Numbered from the stretch's first letter, positions 25,760 to 40,669 are shown. The stretch is 64,000 nucleotides of DNA from Eledone cirrhosa (GCA_964016885.1 OZ024745.1:128154001-128218000); one strand, 5' to 3'. A program made the numbers and translations. Notes: a model not told the origin generated them from the letters alone.

Positions 25760-27288
25760 TCTCTCTCTCTCCTCACTCTCTCTCTCTCACATGCCTCTCT
25801 CTCCCCCTCATCTCACTCCCTATTTTTTTTCTCTCTCTCATTGTCTGAAAGAAATTTGCTGTGGTAAGGCCGGGAGAGAGATGATCTCCGCCAAGTTTAA
25901 CATACCAAAGAAACACCATGTGTGATTCCGGCAACCCTACAACTCTACCAAGATTTATATGTTCACACACAAGAGTCTACCGAAATGTGAGAATCTACCG
26001 AAATTGTACATATTGTTGAGAGTTTAACACATACTGTTACAATAACTTGAAACAACTGAATGGAGCAATAATTAAATTAAGATCACATTAGTTGCGTGTC
26101 CTAATTCATTGCAGGTGTCTCATTGTGTTATTTGTCAGGAACCGTGACAATACCTCAGCTTACGCACCGAATTTTCTAGGATAGTTACTCGTAAAATGTA
26201 AAAGGATTAAATTTACTACAATGGTTTTCATTAGAGAAAAGCTGACAGCACAAAGGAAACAGACCTACTTCCGATTGGATTTGCTACCTCGGTCAGTAAT
26301 GGAAAGGGAATGACAGAAAAGATGACAAAAGACAAATGGTATTAGAATGACAAATGAATACCAACATGTTATTGTTCTAGATGTGAGATAATTTTTTGTT
26401 GCTGCTGTTTAATCATAGATCAACCTTGATCGAGTAAAACTATGATCAAATCACTTCAACCCTGATCATTCATTTTTCTTTTGTCATTTAGGAATTTATT
26501 ATCGAAGCTAAGTGTTTCTTATTTCAGTCGGAAAGAAATTGTTTGATGAGTATTTTGGTTGCTATTTTTAACAGATATAGGTATGATGAAAAACATTACT
26601 CGGTGGCTCGTTGTTCTTGTTATTGTGATGTTGATATTATTAGATATAGTTGAGTAAGAACGTTATACTTCACTACATGAAAAGAGCGACTTCAAAGAAG
26701 ATACAAACGTTGATATGCCTTGCTTCCTTGCATTTTTGTTGAGACATAGCTAAGGCATATCATCAGTCTTTATTGTTTTAATAATCAAAGAAGAAATGTT
26801 TCGTGTATTTTAAATTTCGTTTTATATGATAGAAAAAAAATGAAAATTTTTAATGTATTCTGAAATATTTATCTAATAGAAAATTCACCCTAATGAAGAA
26901 ATGAAAATTTAAGATAATTTTGACTTCTTATTTTAATTAAAAGTTAACAGTGCCATATTAGTGTGATCTTAACTATTGATAACTTCGATTCTGTAAAATG
27001 TTTTTTTGTTCTGGAAAAATGTTGAAATCTTAGACATGACCTTTGAATATTTATGCTTTATTGCACTTTTAAAATCACTCCTGAACCAATGCTTTCTGAG
27101 TATAACATTTTACCGAGTAGTGATGGTGCTCATAAACTGACTTGGCTTTGTGTATTTCTTAAATAAATTCTAAATAAGCTAATTGCAACATTTACATAGT
27201 TTTCACCAGGGAAATTCCTTCAAGTTGGTGGATTTTGCTTGGTATAGATTAGATCAACATTATTAATTATTAAATATAGTTAATTAAA

Positions 27289-27487
27289 GGGTGGTGGATT
27301 GGCAGTATTGGTGAAGGGTCGGACGCCATGCATTGCAGCATAGGGTTGCGCCCCTTTATGATCTGAGTTCAAATCCCGCCGAGGTTGACTTTGCCTTTCA
27401 TCCTTACAAGGTCGATAAAATAAAGTACCAGCAATACACTGGGATAATTACTGGCCTTGTGCTAAAAGTAGAAACAATTATTAATTA
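27289..27487 (+). mobile_element. Family-1 SINE
   Basis: Full head (A and B boxes), body and TTA tail. Confidence 0.9.
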
Positions 27488-27861
27488 TAGTGTCGTATAA
27501 TTCAGGGACCTAATAAACAAGTAACATATTATTAAAAAAAAATTTGACAGGTATAACTGGTTGTCTTAAGCATTCGGAATAAAATCTAATTTGATCAGCT
27601 TGCGATATTCAGCTGAAATAATTCCATTGTTTTAGAGAAGGTAATGGTAAATCATTCTATTCAAGAACAAACTTTCATTACGGCCTAACGGTATGGGATA
27701 TTATTTTATCCCAGTTATATATGTATATATAAGGAAAGACCAGAGTGATACTGCAATCCATAATGTGATGATAAACTTTTTTTCTTAACATAGTCTCAAT
27801 TAAAATGAGCAACATACAGCCACATCTCCTTGCGATTCTTGTATTAATAAATGGTTTGTAA

Positions 27862-28235
27862 CAGATTTTCCCGTGATGTGATCAGTCTGATGCGCTATTG
27901 ATCAGGTGTCAGAAGGCGTGGCACCCACCGCACAGAGACCATCGCCATGCCAAGATCATTGTGCAGAATATTCTCAACTCTCTTATGGGTTATGGATATT
28001 TGATTTATAGTCAATCGCCTGTCATCCATCACCATATATTGAACACAATCAATGTTTTCCTAGGTGCTGGCAGTTACAGGACTACCAGGTTTGGTCCTCT
28101 TCAAGACTCTCCCATCCCCTCCTTAATTCAGCTGTCCACTTTTACACTGTTGATAAAGTTGTAGCAACCATGTCAGCATGAATGCCCTTGGGAACTAAAC
28201 CCTTTTTCGGCAGGCAATTGATAACACCATTGTCC
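27862..28235 (-). pseudogene. Mariner (Tc1/mariner) transposase N-terminal remnant
   Basis: Minus strand: KGLVPKGIHADMV..TV*KWTAELRRGWESLEED..DDRRLTINQI..VENILHNDLGM...RWVPRLLTPDQ, which includes a WVPHEL-type motif. Contains stops and frameshifts. Confidence 0.88.
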
Positions 28236-29914
28236 CTTGTTCAAGAGAAGTCACTACTAGTTACTTGCAAAATCTTCTTTGAATAGTCAGATATTAGTTT
28301 ACCTGGAAAAAAAACAATGTATTTATTAATAGGAAGAGTTCAACTTAACGCAAGTAAGATTTCACATCTCTAGCCTTATTCCTTCACAGTTAATCTATGA
28401 ACGTTTCAGCTCACCTCGTATAACGATGAGATAGGATTTTAAAGGGATTTAACTACTATTTATTGCAGATCCAGTGTTAGTATTTAGGTACTTTCTGTCG
28501 TATTTATGGGCGTAATGGACGCTTCGGGTTTTGTTTGTTCATGGAAATGTATATAGGTAATAAAACCATTAGCAAATACAAACGAGATTTGCAACGTCGT
28601 TCTAACGCAAATACCCAGGTGAAAATAAATAATAGTCTGGAAGATTTGAAATCACGTATTTAAAAAATTGAGACAAAATCTAAACAAAATGCTTAGTTTA
28701 ATCATTACGTATATGTATTATACATATATAATATAACGACAAAAAAAAAGAAAATATAAATCATCGTTTAATCATTTATACAACCTTTCTTTCCATAGAA
28801 AAATTTTAATCGGAAACGTAAATACTTAAAGCAAAATTGTATTAGACACTTCACTGAAGATCCTTTCTAGATTTTACTACGAGTGATCTTCTAAAATGGC
28901 TGTTAGCCACGATATTCAGAAGCAATCAATGTATATTATATGTAGTTATGTCACTGGCTTACTAGTTCCACAAGTTGTCTTATGAAGATAAAAACTAATC
29001 CTTCTTCCGAGCTATCGGCGTACATTTCCTTAATGTTTCGAAATGCTAAAAATAACGGATAAAACCTACCTCAAACATCTCCTAACACATTAGATGAGGA
29101 TGGTCATATTGTATAATACAAACCAACATATGTTAAATCTGAATAAAAACGAGATGACGACGACTGGCATGATTTCATCACAGGTCACACGTTATAGCTG
29201 ACCTCGGGTTAAACAACAACAACTGATCGTTTTCCTGTTAACTTCTTTGTGAAACCGGAAATGTTTGGGGAGCAAAGCGTCGTTCTTCATCCCTTTCCTG
29301 TTTTGGTATTCTTTTATCTCATTCTAGTATGAATCACCATTCTAATGGCCATCATTTTAAGTCTGTGTTTGATCGTAGCTCTATTCAGTAGAGAATGAGC
29401 TGATGTTAAGATATTCGTTGTTCACTTACTCGAAATATAACTTTTAGAAATTGTTTATATTTATATTTTTACTGTTGGTCAATCAATGATAAACATTGCC
29501 AGCTAAATTATTTATAAAAATATAAAAATATATTGAAACGAAAACCAAACCGAAGAGTGAGTGGGTTTACTATTTTAGGCAATATTAGGACAACATGACA
29601 CTCCCCAAATAAAACAATATCTGTTTCAACACAATATTTCATATCAAAAACCTTACAAAACAAATACATCGCCACTAATAAACTTCAACTTAAATTTATT
29701 CTATTTTTGCATAAAGATTTATGAGTTAGACCAAGATCTCAATTCATAAGATTTTAAAAGACGACAAAATCCACGCTAGTCATTGTCTGGCACTATTATA
29801 TCTTCCCAAGAATGAGGAAATATAAAGTTGAGCTAGGCAGGATTTTATGTAAAAGATGTAACTCAATATCTCAAAACATTCTGTCTATCAATCCAGCCTT
29901 TTATCGCTCATATT

Positions 29915-30365
29915 AAATACTTTCTAATTTAGTCAGAAACCAGTAATTTTGTGGTGAAGAGAGAAAATCTATTACATCGAACGACCTCGTACTTAACTAC
30001 TATTTATTCTATCGACCTCGGAAGGATGATAGGGAAAGTTGACTTCGGCGGGAATTGAGCTCAGAAGGTTATGACTCGGAACTAATATTGGTTTCTTATA
30101 TAGGCACAAGGCCAGTTATTTTGGGGGAGGGGAAAGTCGATTAATTCGACCCCAGTGCGTGACTGGTACTTTATTTTATCGACCCCGTGAGGATGAAAGG
30201 CAAAGTTAACCTCAGCGGGATTTGAACTCAGATCATAAAGGGCCGTAGCTCTTTGCTGCAAAGCATGGCGTCCGACTCTCTACCGATACTGCCAATCCAC
30301 CGCCCTCATGTCCCGGAACTAATATTGCTAATCCTTTATCCAACGCTCTAACCACTCTACCGCCC
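29915..30365 (-). mobile_element. Nested SINEs: young family-1 SINE (~30090-30305) inside an older SINE
   Basis: The inner copy is flanked by the direct repeat cggaactaatattg (30077 and ~30315). The outer copy continues on both sides. Confidence 0.8.
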
Positions 30366-31401
30366 TTATTGCCCATATTAACATCTAAATTGTTTCAACA
30401 AGTGATGTTGTTGGTGTTGTTTTGTTGTTGTTTTTTAACACTAGTTCAGCCCTGGTTTAGCTGAAGTATTATGATCCAAAGCATTTCATTCTTGATTAAC
30501 TCTATGTTGTTTAATGTAACATTTCCTTTAATGAGTGTACGGGGTGTGATCTTAGGAAGGCATTTTTTAAATATCTCTAACAAGCACTTGGCTCACGATT
30601 TGTCATATTTTTGGCTGCATTTGTGAAAGGATCTTTTTACAGTTAAGATATGGATTATCTTATTCAATATTAATGAACTTCTGATATTCCTTTACTAGAG
30701 CGGATATTCATTTCCGGTTTCTGTAGTATGAAGCAGATGGACCAAATCTCCACTTCAGTATATTTGCATACATTATCACTAGTAAGTGTTTCGATCAGGC
30801 TAGAAAGTGAGAATGATGCATAAGCAACAAAACCATTCTAACCCACTCAAAGGTTTATAATACTCGGATATGTAATACAAACGTCTTCATTTCTTGCTTT
30901 CTGCGATGATTCTAGATAGAGAACGGACAAAAATAATATTTTGTTCAGAACTCCCATTGTGGTGAGACAGGCACACATATATACACAAACAAGTGCAACA
31001 CATTAGTGAAAATAGCGGATTTTTCTAAATAATTTCGTCATCGCAATCCTTCTAGATTCTCTTTAGATGTTGTTGATGATGATGATGATGATGATGATAT
31101 GTTGTTGATAGTGTTTAACCTGAGGGGAGTCATCTGCCACTGAGGTTGCACTGACCGGTAGCCCAGTTCTTGAATAACTCCTTTGTATTTTGTCGTAACT
31201 GATTAATTAATCTTTTGTGTGAATCACAATTGATGACGTCACGACATGTCTTGCGTCATGAGCTGATGACGTAAGCATGTCAGCCAGAAAAATACGTATT
31301 TTGCAACATTAAAGAATATTGAGAAACCGGCCTTCTTTTTTCATTGAAGCATAAACATACACACAAACATATACATAAACATACACACAAACACACTCAC
31401 G

Positions 31402-31445
<44 letters not shown>

Positions 31446-31458
31446 CGCACACACACAT

Positions 31459-31505
<47 letters not shown>

Positions 31506-31529
31506 GCAGCATAAGTTGGCTCAACTTAT

Positions 31530-32067
<538 letters not shown>

Positions 32068-33104
32068 TATGTATCTATTGCTTTCTTTTCTCTTTCTATG
32101 ACCTTTATCTTCCCCCTCTATCTCGCTCTATCCGTAAATTACTCTTTCCGTATCTATGCATCTATCTATCTATCTATCTTTACCTGTTGCTCTTTATGTT
32201 ACTCTTTTCCAGGCTATTTTCTCTCTTTTTCATTTTCTCTTTAATGTCTTAAATTTACGTAAACGAAAGCCATATATAACATTTTCCGAGGGAGAATATA
32301 AATATTTGCCCATCCCTTCCCCCCTAGTAGTTCACGTAATGTCTTTTGTTTGAAATTTAAAAACATTACTGATGTGATGTAAGCTACAATAGTGCGAGAA
32401 ATAAATTGGCAACCGTTTGACAAGATTTCTTTTTGTTTAAAATGCTTTTTAAAAAAAGCAGAATGCAATAAACCGGTTAAATCACATGTTATGCATTAGA
32501 ATGGCATTTCACGTATATACAAACAAAGTGAATTGGCAAAATACACGTAATTTCGGTTTTGTTAATTCTGTGAGAATCCGGTCTTTTTCAAGGTTGTTAG
32601 GTAGGTATTTAGTTTGACAAGTATTTTCAGAAATAACTATATATATATACAAAAATAAACCTGCATTTTGAATAAAAGATCTCATACATCTTATAATTAA
32701 TTGGTTATATCGGGTCATAAACGTAGATAGCTGACACTAGAGTACCTGAACACACTTTCGAGAAGACGGAAGTTTCTAGTTTGTATTCAGTGTTGTGACT
32801 GCGGTTTAGCGACTGCTAACTATTAAATCTTAACAGCTGAATCTACCGACCAGTAAACGACCCCGTTGTAAGTCATAAGAATATGTAATGAGTATGTAAT
32901 TAACTGCCATTTCTGATTTAAAGTTTGTGTGTGCTTGGACCAAGCAATGAGAATTAGAAATCATTACAGTATGCTTCATATAAGTTGCTTTATGCCTCAA
33001 AATTCAAATAAATAAACGGTGGAAAATTATCCAAATAATTCTATCATGTGATGGGTTTAAGAGGTCATATCCTCCTTCTAAAATCTCTATCAAACCGGGA
33101 GGCC

Positions 33105-33356
33105 CTCATGCCGGTGCTTATCCCGGCTTCATGGCGTGAAGCGACTGAGAATACAAGATGCCTGCCCTGGACAAGACGCCAGTCCATCGCAGGGTTAAAC
33201 CCCCAGCTATTGCTGGTACTCATTTTCAACTGAGTATATTGCAGCAACATGAGAAGAAGCGTTTTGCTCAAGAACACAACACGCAGCCCTTCCCGGGAAT
33301 CAAACCTACAACATTATGATCGTAAGTCCAACACCCTTATCACTAGGTCACCTGCC
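33105..33356 (-). mobile_element. tRNA-derived SINE with CORE-like ttgtgttcttgagcaa segment (family 2 or related)
   Basis: Reverse tRNA-like head and ttgctcaagaacacaac. The 3' part is shared with 60120-60340 and 63900-64000. Confidence 0.75.
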
Positions 33357-34950
33357 TCTTTAGCATATTTTAATGTAGAAGTTTAACAGTTCATATCCGA
33401 TTGCTATATATCTGGTGCATTTTGTTTGATTAATTTATCAGGAATCAGTCATTTCAGCCATTTTGGAAATATAAAACCATGGATATTAGAGTTCACAAAA
33501 TTTCCCCCATTTACAAAGTTAATAATATTCGGAAAGTCATAATATATTTGCACAGCAACTCCAATGGTAGAAACAAAATACATAGAAAGTTTAGAGCCGA
33601 TACATTACCGGGAAGTATAAATCACCTTGGGTTTTCTTATATATGTAAATTATCAGTTAAGATTTAAGTATATATATATATACTATATTAAAATTTATAT
33701 CCATGAACCCATTAATGTGGGGGCAAATATATTACAAACAATAGAGAGTTAAAACGTTTACACCAGAATACGATCCTTAGTTTCACCAGTCAACTTGAAG
33801 GGTTACACCTACTCCAGCCTACATTGTTTATATTGTGCAAAAATTTCGGTTAACTCATCTTACTGGAGTAATCTTCTATGCACGTTGTCTAAAGATTTGA
33901 AATCGCCCTAGAAAGAATTTTGTCTTTTAGATTATTGATGTTTTTCAGCTCATACATTACATATCTTAAACCCCTACTTGTATTTTGTTTGCAAAACAAT
34001 TTCTCAGTGTATTTCCTCCTCTCAACCAAACTGTTCATATAATCATAGTAATCAACTACTTAATTCTATATATCGATCGTTGTTCCACACAATAGAATAT
34101 TCTTCACTGAGGCGGCTTAATAAGAACGAAATGTTTCCATTGTTTTCTCTAGTTAGCTTTAATGGTCAGATCTACTCCAATCTACATTGTTTAAATTATC
34201 TAAATATTTTGATTAACTGATTTTATGGGAGTTGTCATTTGGTCTTTAGTCAAGATTTTAAACTCCCCAGAAAGAATTCTGATCACTGACTTGCATCTTC
34301 TTACTAGATCAAAGTTTCTCAGCTTACAGTAATGGTAAAACACCCACATCAAACACCCATATCATAATTTACAAATAGGTTATGAAGACATTTTCAGAGT
34401 GACGTGTCAAACATCTGCACTTTTCAAACGCACACTAACTCTATTTCATCCTTTTCTCTAATGAATATAGATGATTTAATATATTTGGTAATAATTTGAA
34501 AGTTACATTATATATATGAACATATGATGAAGTAGGAATCAAAACCATAAGTATATATCAATATTAACGCATTCATGTTGTAAGTCTTCTTGAACTTTCC
34601 AAACGTAAAATTCTTAAATTTTTCTTTAATCTTCAAGTAATTTTTCTAAAGAAGACAAAACAACATTTAGATAGTTAATGAATTAATGGAATCATCTTCA
34701 TGTTTTGAAGAAACTCATAAAATACAGTTATTTTACATTAGGTACAGCAAAGTCAATATTTTAATCATTTTTTTTTTTTTGCTATCTCTAACCTAAAAGG
34801 TAAAGCGGCGAATTAGTAGAGCTGTTATGGCGTCGATATAAACCCCTCTGTATTTATGCTGATCATTACGCTTTGAGTTCATATCATGCTGAGTTCAACT
34901 ATGCCCTTCATTCTTTTACGGTCGATAACTAGAACATCAATTCTGAACTC

Positions 34951-34986
<36 letters not shown>

Positions 34987-36033
34987 CGCACACTCATTCT
35001 CACTCTTTCTCTCTTTCTGGAAGAAATCACCTGTGTTTAGGCCACGAATCTTCTTCTTCTTAAAAGCCATGCATCTTTCATACATGGAATTCTATTGTTA
35101 TAACAATATATCATATATATTATCTACTCTTCAATTCTTTTATGCAAATTTAATTATTCTCGGTCGGGTGGAAGTTGCAGATTTTCAAGTTTGTTCAAGT
35201 GAGGGAAGATATTATGGGTAATTTCTGAAGGCTTGTCAGGCAGAAAAGAAAAAAAACGCGCTGGTTTAATATAATGCATAAAGAAATCTTTTGAGCAGCG
35301 GATGTAGAAAGCATTTGAATAAGAAGGGGGCGGAAACATCCCACTATTAACTGAAATTGTTGTGGTTAGAGCTCACACGCTGACACACACTCACACACAC
35401 ACACTCACTCACACACACACACACACACACACGCGCGCACACACACACACGCACACACACACACACACACACAGATTCACACAAGAACTAAAAATTGCTT
35501 TTACTTTTTAAAATAAATTACATTGTGTATATTTAATGAAAGTTAATAAAAATTAAAATGTATTTATCGAAACTGTCAGTAATAACTATTGAAATTCAAT
35601 AAAGTGAAGTTAACTATATATATATAACTACAATAATGTCTCAGATATATATATTGTGTTGAATTACTTCCATTATCTTTACAATTAGTAAATAAGTACT
35701 ACCTCTAAGGGTGTATTAAATCTAAAAACAACACACAAGGGAAATATTTAGAATAAGACCAACGAAATTATTCAAAAAATATAAAGGAGGCAGATAAGAG
35801 TGGATATGATATTTTAGCTAAATTTGGAAGCAACAGATATTGTTTCGATCTTATTAGACCTCCTTTGTGAAGCATTCTACTGTGTTGTAAAGAGTTAAAT
35901 GTGATAAATATATAGAGAAATTTAGATGTAGCAACGTTGATTATGTGTATTAACAATGGTGTTGACGGAAACTGTGATATGAGTAAGCTTTCCAAACTAC
36001 ACATAAGGGATGTAGAATCTCATATAGATAATA

Positions 36034-36215
36034 TAATTGTTTCTACTTTTGGCACAAGGCCAGCAATTAACCAGTGCATTACTGGTACTTTATTTTATCG
36101 ACTCCGTAAGGATGAAAGGCAAAGTTAACCTCGGCGGGATTTGAACACAGAATGGCAAGGGCCGTAACTCTATGCGTCAAAGAATGGCGTCCGACCCTCT
36201 ACCGATACTGCCAAT
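36034..36215 (-). mobile_element. Family-1 SINE with TSD
   Basis: Flanked by direct repeats tcatatagataatataa. Confidence 0.9.
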
Positions 36216-36327
36216 TTCATATAGATAATATAAGGGCATTTGGTATCTAAAAGGAACCATCAAAGATGGTAACTCAAATCCACCAATTGCAATATTCAAT
36301 AATATATATAATGCTGTGTGAGTTTAG

Positions 36328-36930
36328 ATAATGGTTTCTTATATAGGCACAAGGCCAACACTTTCTTGGTGGGAGGAGAAATCGACTCCAGTGTATTACT
36401 GGTAGTTTATTTTATCCTCCCCATAAGGATGATAGGCAAAGCTAACCTTGGCGGAATTAATAATAATAATTGTTTCTACTTTAGGCACAAGGCCAGCAAT
36501 TTGAAGTGGGTGGTTGATTAAATCGACCCCAGTGCATTACTGGTAGTTTATTTTATCGATTTTATCGATTTTATCGATTTTAAGGATAAAAGGCAAAGCT
36601 AACCTCGGTGGGATTAATAATAATGATGATATCTACTATAGGTAAAAAGCCAGTAATTTTAGGGGGCAGGGGTCTGTCTAGTTTAGATTATTACGCAATG
36701 GTGTCATAGACCCTACATATAGTAAATGATTCTGATTTAGGCACAAAACCAACAGGGGAAAGTCGACAAATCGACTCCAATGCATTACTGGTACTTTATT
36801 TTATCGACCTCGTAAGGATGAAAGGCAAAGCTAACCTTGCCGGGATTTGAACTCAGAACGTAAAGGGCCGTAACTCGATGTCACGAAGCAGGGTGTCCGA
36901 CACTCTACCGATACTGCCAATCCATCGCCC
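36328..36930 (-). mobile_element. Head-to-tail stack of family-1 SINE 3' fragments plus one full copy
   Basis: aggcacaaggcca...ttattttatc...aggcaaagctaacct modules repeated four times. Confidence 0.8.
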
Positions 36931-36944
36931 TCTACTCAGATACA

Positions 36945-37227
36945 CAGTTGTCCTAAGGTATCCGATGGGGTTATGTTCCTAGAGCACCCACGAAGAGCAA
37001 AATACCGCGAATATTGGACATGGTCCATAAAAATGCCTATAAACATCAGAACATAACGAAAAAATTGTTCGGCAAATACGGTATTAATAATAATTATTAT
37101 TAATAATTTACCGTTAAAAAGCCTGACAAAATATATGTATATTGCCATGAAAATAGCATTTAAAAAATCGCGGAAGTTATTTACGATTCCGCGTATAACC
37201 GGGACCGCGAATGACGGCGGTACACTG
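36945..37227. mobile_element. Tigger/MER2-like (pogo) MITE
   Basis: Starts cagttgtcctaaggtatccg..ggggttatgttcc (MER2-like) and ends ggcggtacactg|ta. TIRs are degenerate. Confidence 0.6.
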
Positions 37228-37463
37228 TATATAGCGGAAGAGTAGAGATGCAAGAGAAAAAAAATAAGGATGAAAGAGAGAAGGCGTGACAGTAAGAGAA
37301 TGGGGGAGGTGTGAAAGAGTAAGTACGTCAGAGAGGATTGACACAGAAGGGTATATATTAGATATAAGCATTCATTATATACAAACGAACGTTCAATGTG
37401 AATCCAGAATATTTTCCTTCCTGTACTGAAAATACTAGATATATAATTTAACATGTCCTAGAT

Positions 37464-37518
<55 letters not shown>

Positions 37519-37553
37519 CCCTCACTCTCTCTCACTCTCTCTCTCTCTCTCTC

Positions 37554-37629
<76 letters not shown>

Positions 37630-37775
37630 TAGAAGTTATATTTAATTTGTTGGAAGTCCGACTAACATAAATGTTTATAACTGATTTAGAGCACTCAACT
37701 AGTAACTGGAGTACATATTCAATGATATTAAATAAATTATTAAATAAATGGAAACTTTATTTATAAAACAATATT

Positions 37776-37840
37776 TATTTTATTATATATATTTCAAGGG
37801 CAACCAAAGCAACATTGGTACGCTTTCATCAGATAAATTA
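37776..37840 (-). ncRNA. Minimal type-I hammerhead ribozyme, family A
   Basis: Minus strand: uaauuuau-CUGAUGA-aagcguaccaa..uugguugcccuu-GAAA-UAUAUA-UA^auaaaaua. Confidence 0.72.
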
Positions 37841-37916
37841 CAAAGTTTGTCTTATAAATAGAGACGTACCCATGAAAATCATACCTTATCGGTTGCAAAT
37901 TAACTGGGTAGTGAAT

Positions 37917-37967
<51 letters not shown>

Positions 37968-38069
37968 GTTATATTTAATTTGTTGGCATAATATCCAGGA
38001 AGCTCCAACCGTTACGGTTGCATTTTTTCAGGGTATGTCAATATTTATTTATAAAACTAATCTGTAATG

Positions 38070-38135
38070 TATTTTATCTGATGAAAGCGCACCAAAATCT
38101 GCCTTGGTGGCCCTTGAAATATGTATAATAAAATA
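38070..38135 (+). ncRNA. Minimal type-I hammerhead ribozyme, family A
   Basis: uauuuuau-CUGAUGA-aagcgcaccaa..uugguggcccuu-GAAA-UAUGUA-UA^auaaaaua. Confidence 0.72.
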
Positions 38136-38173
38136 AATATGGTTTTATAAATATAGTTTCCATTTGCTAATAT

Positions 38174-38231
<58 letters not shown>

Positions 38232-38366
38232 TTAAAACAATGAAATAAAAAATTAAGTCAATAGAGATATACTTCACTGCTTTACGATCGTTTCTAGATG
38301 GTGATAATACATTGTATCTATACTCAGTTATTGATCTATGTAAGTTTTACATGTATATGTATTTTA

Positions 38367-38411
<45 letters not shown>

Positions 38412-38412
<1 letters not shown>

Positions 38413-38617
38413 TATAAAGCAAATAAAGTGTGGTAAGAAACCAGGTGGACCATAACGCACCGGAGTACTCGATACTTAGGGTAGTGTGGGTAATAGGAAA
38501 AGAATCAGGACCCCGACGGCTGAGCTCCGGCCGTTTCGACAGCTAGATTCGAACAGTTCGAATCTAGTTGTCGAAACGGCCGGAGCTCACCCGTCGGGGT
38601 CCTGACTCTTTTCCTAT
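38412..38617. mobile_element. Family-C copy ending in a fold-back palindrome (38493-38617)
   Basis: ggccgtttcgacagctagattcgaac-a-gttcgaatctagttgtcgaaacggcc. Confidence 0.85.
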
Positions 38618-39426
38618 AATATAAAAAGGAACGATTGACTTTCGTCAAATCGGACCGAGGGAACAATGTTTCCGTTGGTCTTTCCAATTGCTAATACTAT
38701 CTATCGGTCGCAACTCCAGGTAGAAGGAGCAACGTAAAATAAAGTGTCTTGCTCAAGGACATAACGCATCACCTGGTCCAGGAATCGAACTCACAGCCTT
38801 ACGATTGCGAATCCAATTCTCTTACCACTCCGGCACACGCCTTCACTCCTATAATATATATATATATATATATATATGTTAAGTATTTTCGTAGAAAAGG
38901 TAAAGGAAAGAAGAGTGCTCTATGTATTGTGCAGAGCTACCTAATAACACAATATAATTATTCCATTACCAGAGGTTTCATAGGTTCCTCAACCGGGGAT
39001 ATGCGTTATGTCGTTGAGCGAGACACTTTAGTTAGTATTAGCAATTGGAAAGACCAATGGAAACATTGCTTCCTTGGTCAGGTTTGACGAGCTCCACCTC
39101 AATCGCTAGGCGGAAGAGGTCTGGGATCTTATCGATCATGTCGTATCTTATATACGTGTCCCGGGTTCAATCAGGGCTAACCACAGTAAGTAAGGTACTC
39201 AATACATTAGTAGAGTGTAAATATCAATTTTAATATCGAAAAGCTTCTAGAGGACTAGAACTGTTTCATAAATCAAGAAGTTCTCGTCCTGTACAAGCCA
39301 TTTCTATATTATACTTGGTATATTTATATATGTATATATAGTAATAATAATAAATTTGAAGACTAAAATCCAAAGAGGGCTCGATAAGGATGAATATATA
39401 TCAAATATATAAGAACCGTAGAGCAA

Positions 39427-39563
39427 ATATTTATTAAAATAACAGATTAAAGTTTAAGCAAAGAATCGCTGCTTTCACCCTTAACGGGATCTTCTGAAGA
39501 TCCTGTTAAGGGTGAAAGCAGCGATTCTTTGCTTAAACTTTAATCTGTTATTTTAATAAATAT
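39427..39563. repeat. 137-bp near-perfect palindrome centred on a hammerhead core (family G)
   Basis: Centre at 39495 (tcttc-t-gaaga). Each arm reads C(U/A)GAAGA-uccy(guuaa)gggu-GAAA-GCAG(cgauucu)UUGC-UU^aaacu. Confidence 0.9.
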
Positions 39564-39609
39564 ATATATATATATATTTAGTTATGTAATAAACAACATA
39601 AGATAATTA

Positions 39610-39670
39610 TTTCATTTACCAGTGGTTTCTTGAAAGCAAACAAAATTTGCGTTCAATCATCAGAATGAAA
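39610..39670 (-). ncRNA. Type-I hammerhead ribozyme
   Basis: Minus strand: uuucauu-CUGAUGA-uugaa c gcaaa(uuuug)uuugc u uucaa-GAAA-CCACUGG-UA^aaugaaa. Stem I is a perfect 7 bp. Confidence 0.82.
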
Positions 39671-39720
39671 AAATCCTGGTGTATTTATTGACAATGGATT
39701 TTAAAAACAAAAATATAATC

Positions 39721-39802
<82 letters not shown>

Positions 39803-39809
39803 AGTGTGT

Positions 39810-39874
<65 letters not shown>

Positions 39875-39969
39875 GCGTGTGTGTGTTTGCGGTTGTTTAT
39901 GTAAATTTGATGGTAACTATTCAATTATGGATCCTTTGGTGAGTATTTGTTAGTAGAGGTCAGGTGTAA

Positions 39970-40003
<34 letters not shown>

Positions 40004-40669
40004 TTTCTTAATTTTCCCTTGTTGGTGTTAAGTGCATTTTTCCTCCGTGTTCTCAATTCTTTTCCAAAGGTATGTACGTCAAACTGAGTGGTTGGTAGCA
40101 ATGTCAGTAAAAATCGGGCTCTTCAACTATTTCAACTGGGAGAGTATAGCCAGAGAAATATATATATATATAGAGAGAGAGAGAAAAGGTGAAGTTGCAA
40201 ATAGCACGGAAAATATATTTAAATGTCTATTTTTCTTTCATCCTTTCTTTAATTCATCAAAGGGACATTATTGAAAAGATAACATTATTGAAAGGTTAAC
40301 GTTGCCTTTCATCCTTATAGGGTCGATAAAATAAAGTACCAGTAATACACTGGGATAATTGCTCGCCTTGTGCCAAAAGAAGAAACAATTATTGAAAGAA
40401 TGAGAAGGACAATTCTTTTTTAAAAAAAAGGTTTTATGATGTATATAAAGTATAAAAGGTATTACCGGTTTCGATGTATTATTAAAATTTATCTTATCAA
40501 ATGTTGAGTATTGAAATAAAAAATTAAAAAGAAATAATAGACCCCGTAAGGATGAAAGGCAAAATTAACCTCGGTAGGATTTTTAACTCAGACCGTATAA
40601 GGCCATAACTCTATGCCGCAAAACATATTGTCCGACGCTCTACAGATACTGCCAATACTGTGTTTATGC

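Noticed and set aside
38275-38338. Minus-strand HHR-like motif with GAAA-CGAUCG-UA (similar half at 12906)
   Set aside because: The core reads CUGAGUA and stem I does not pair.
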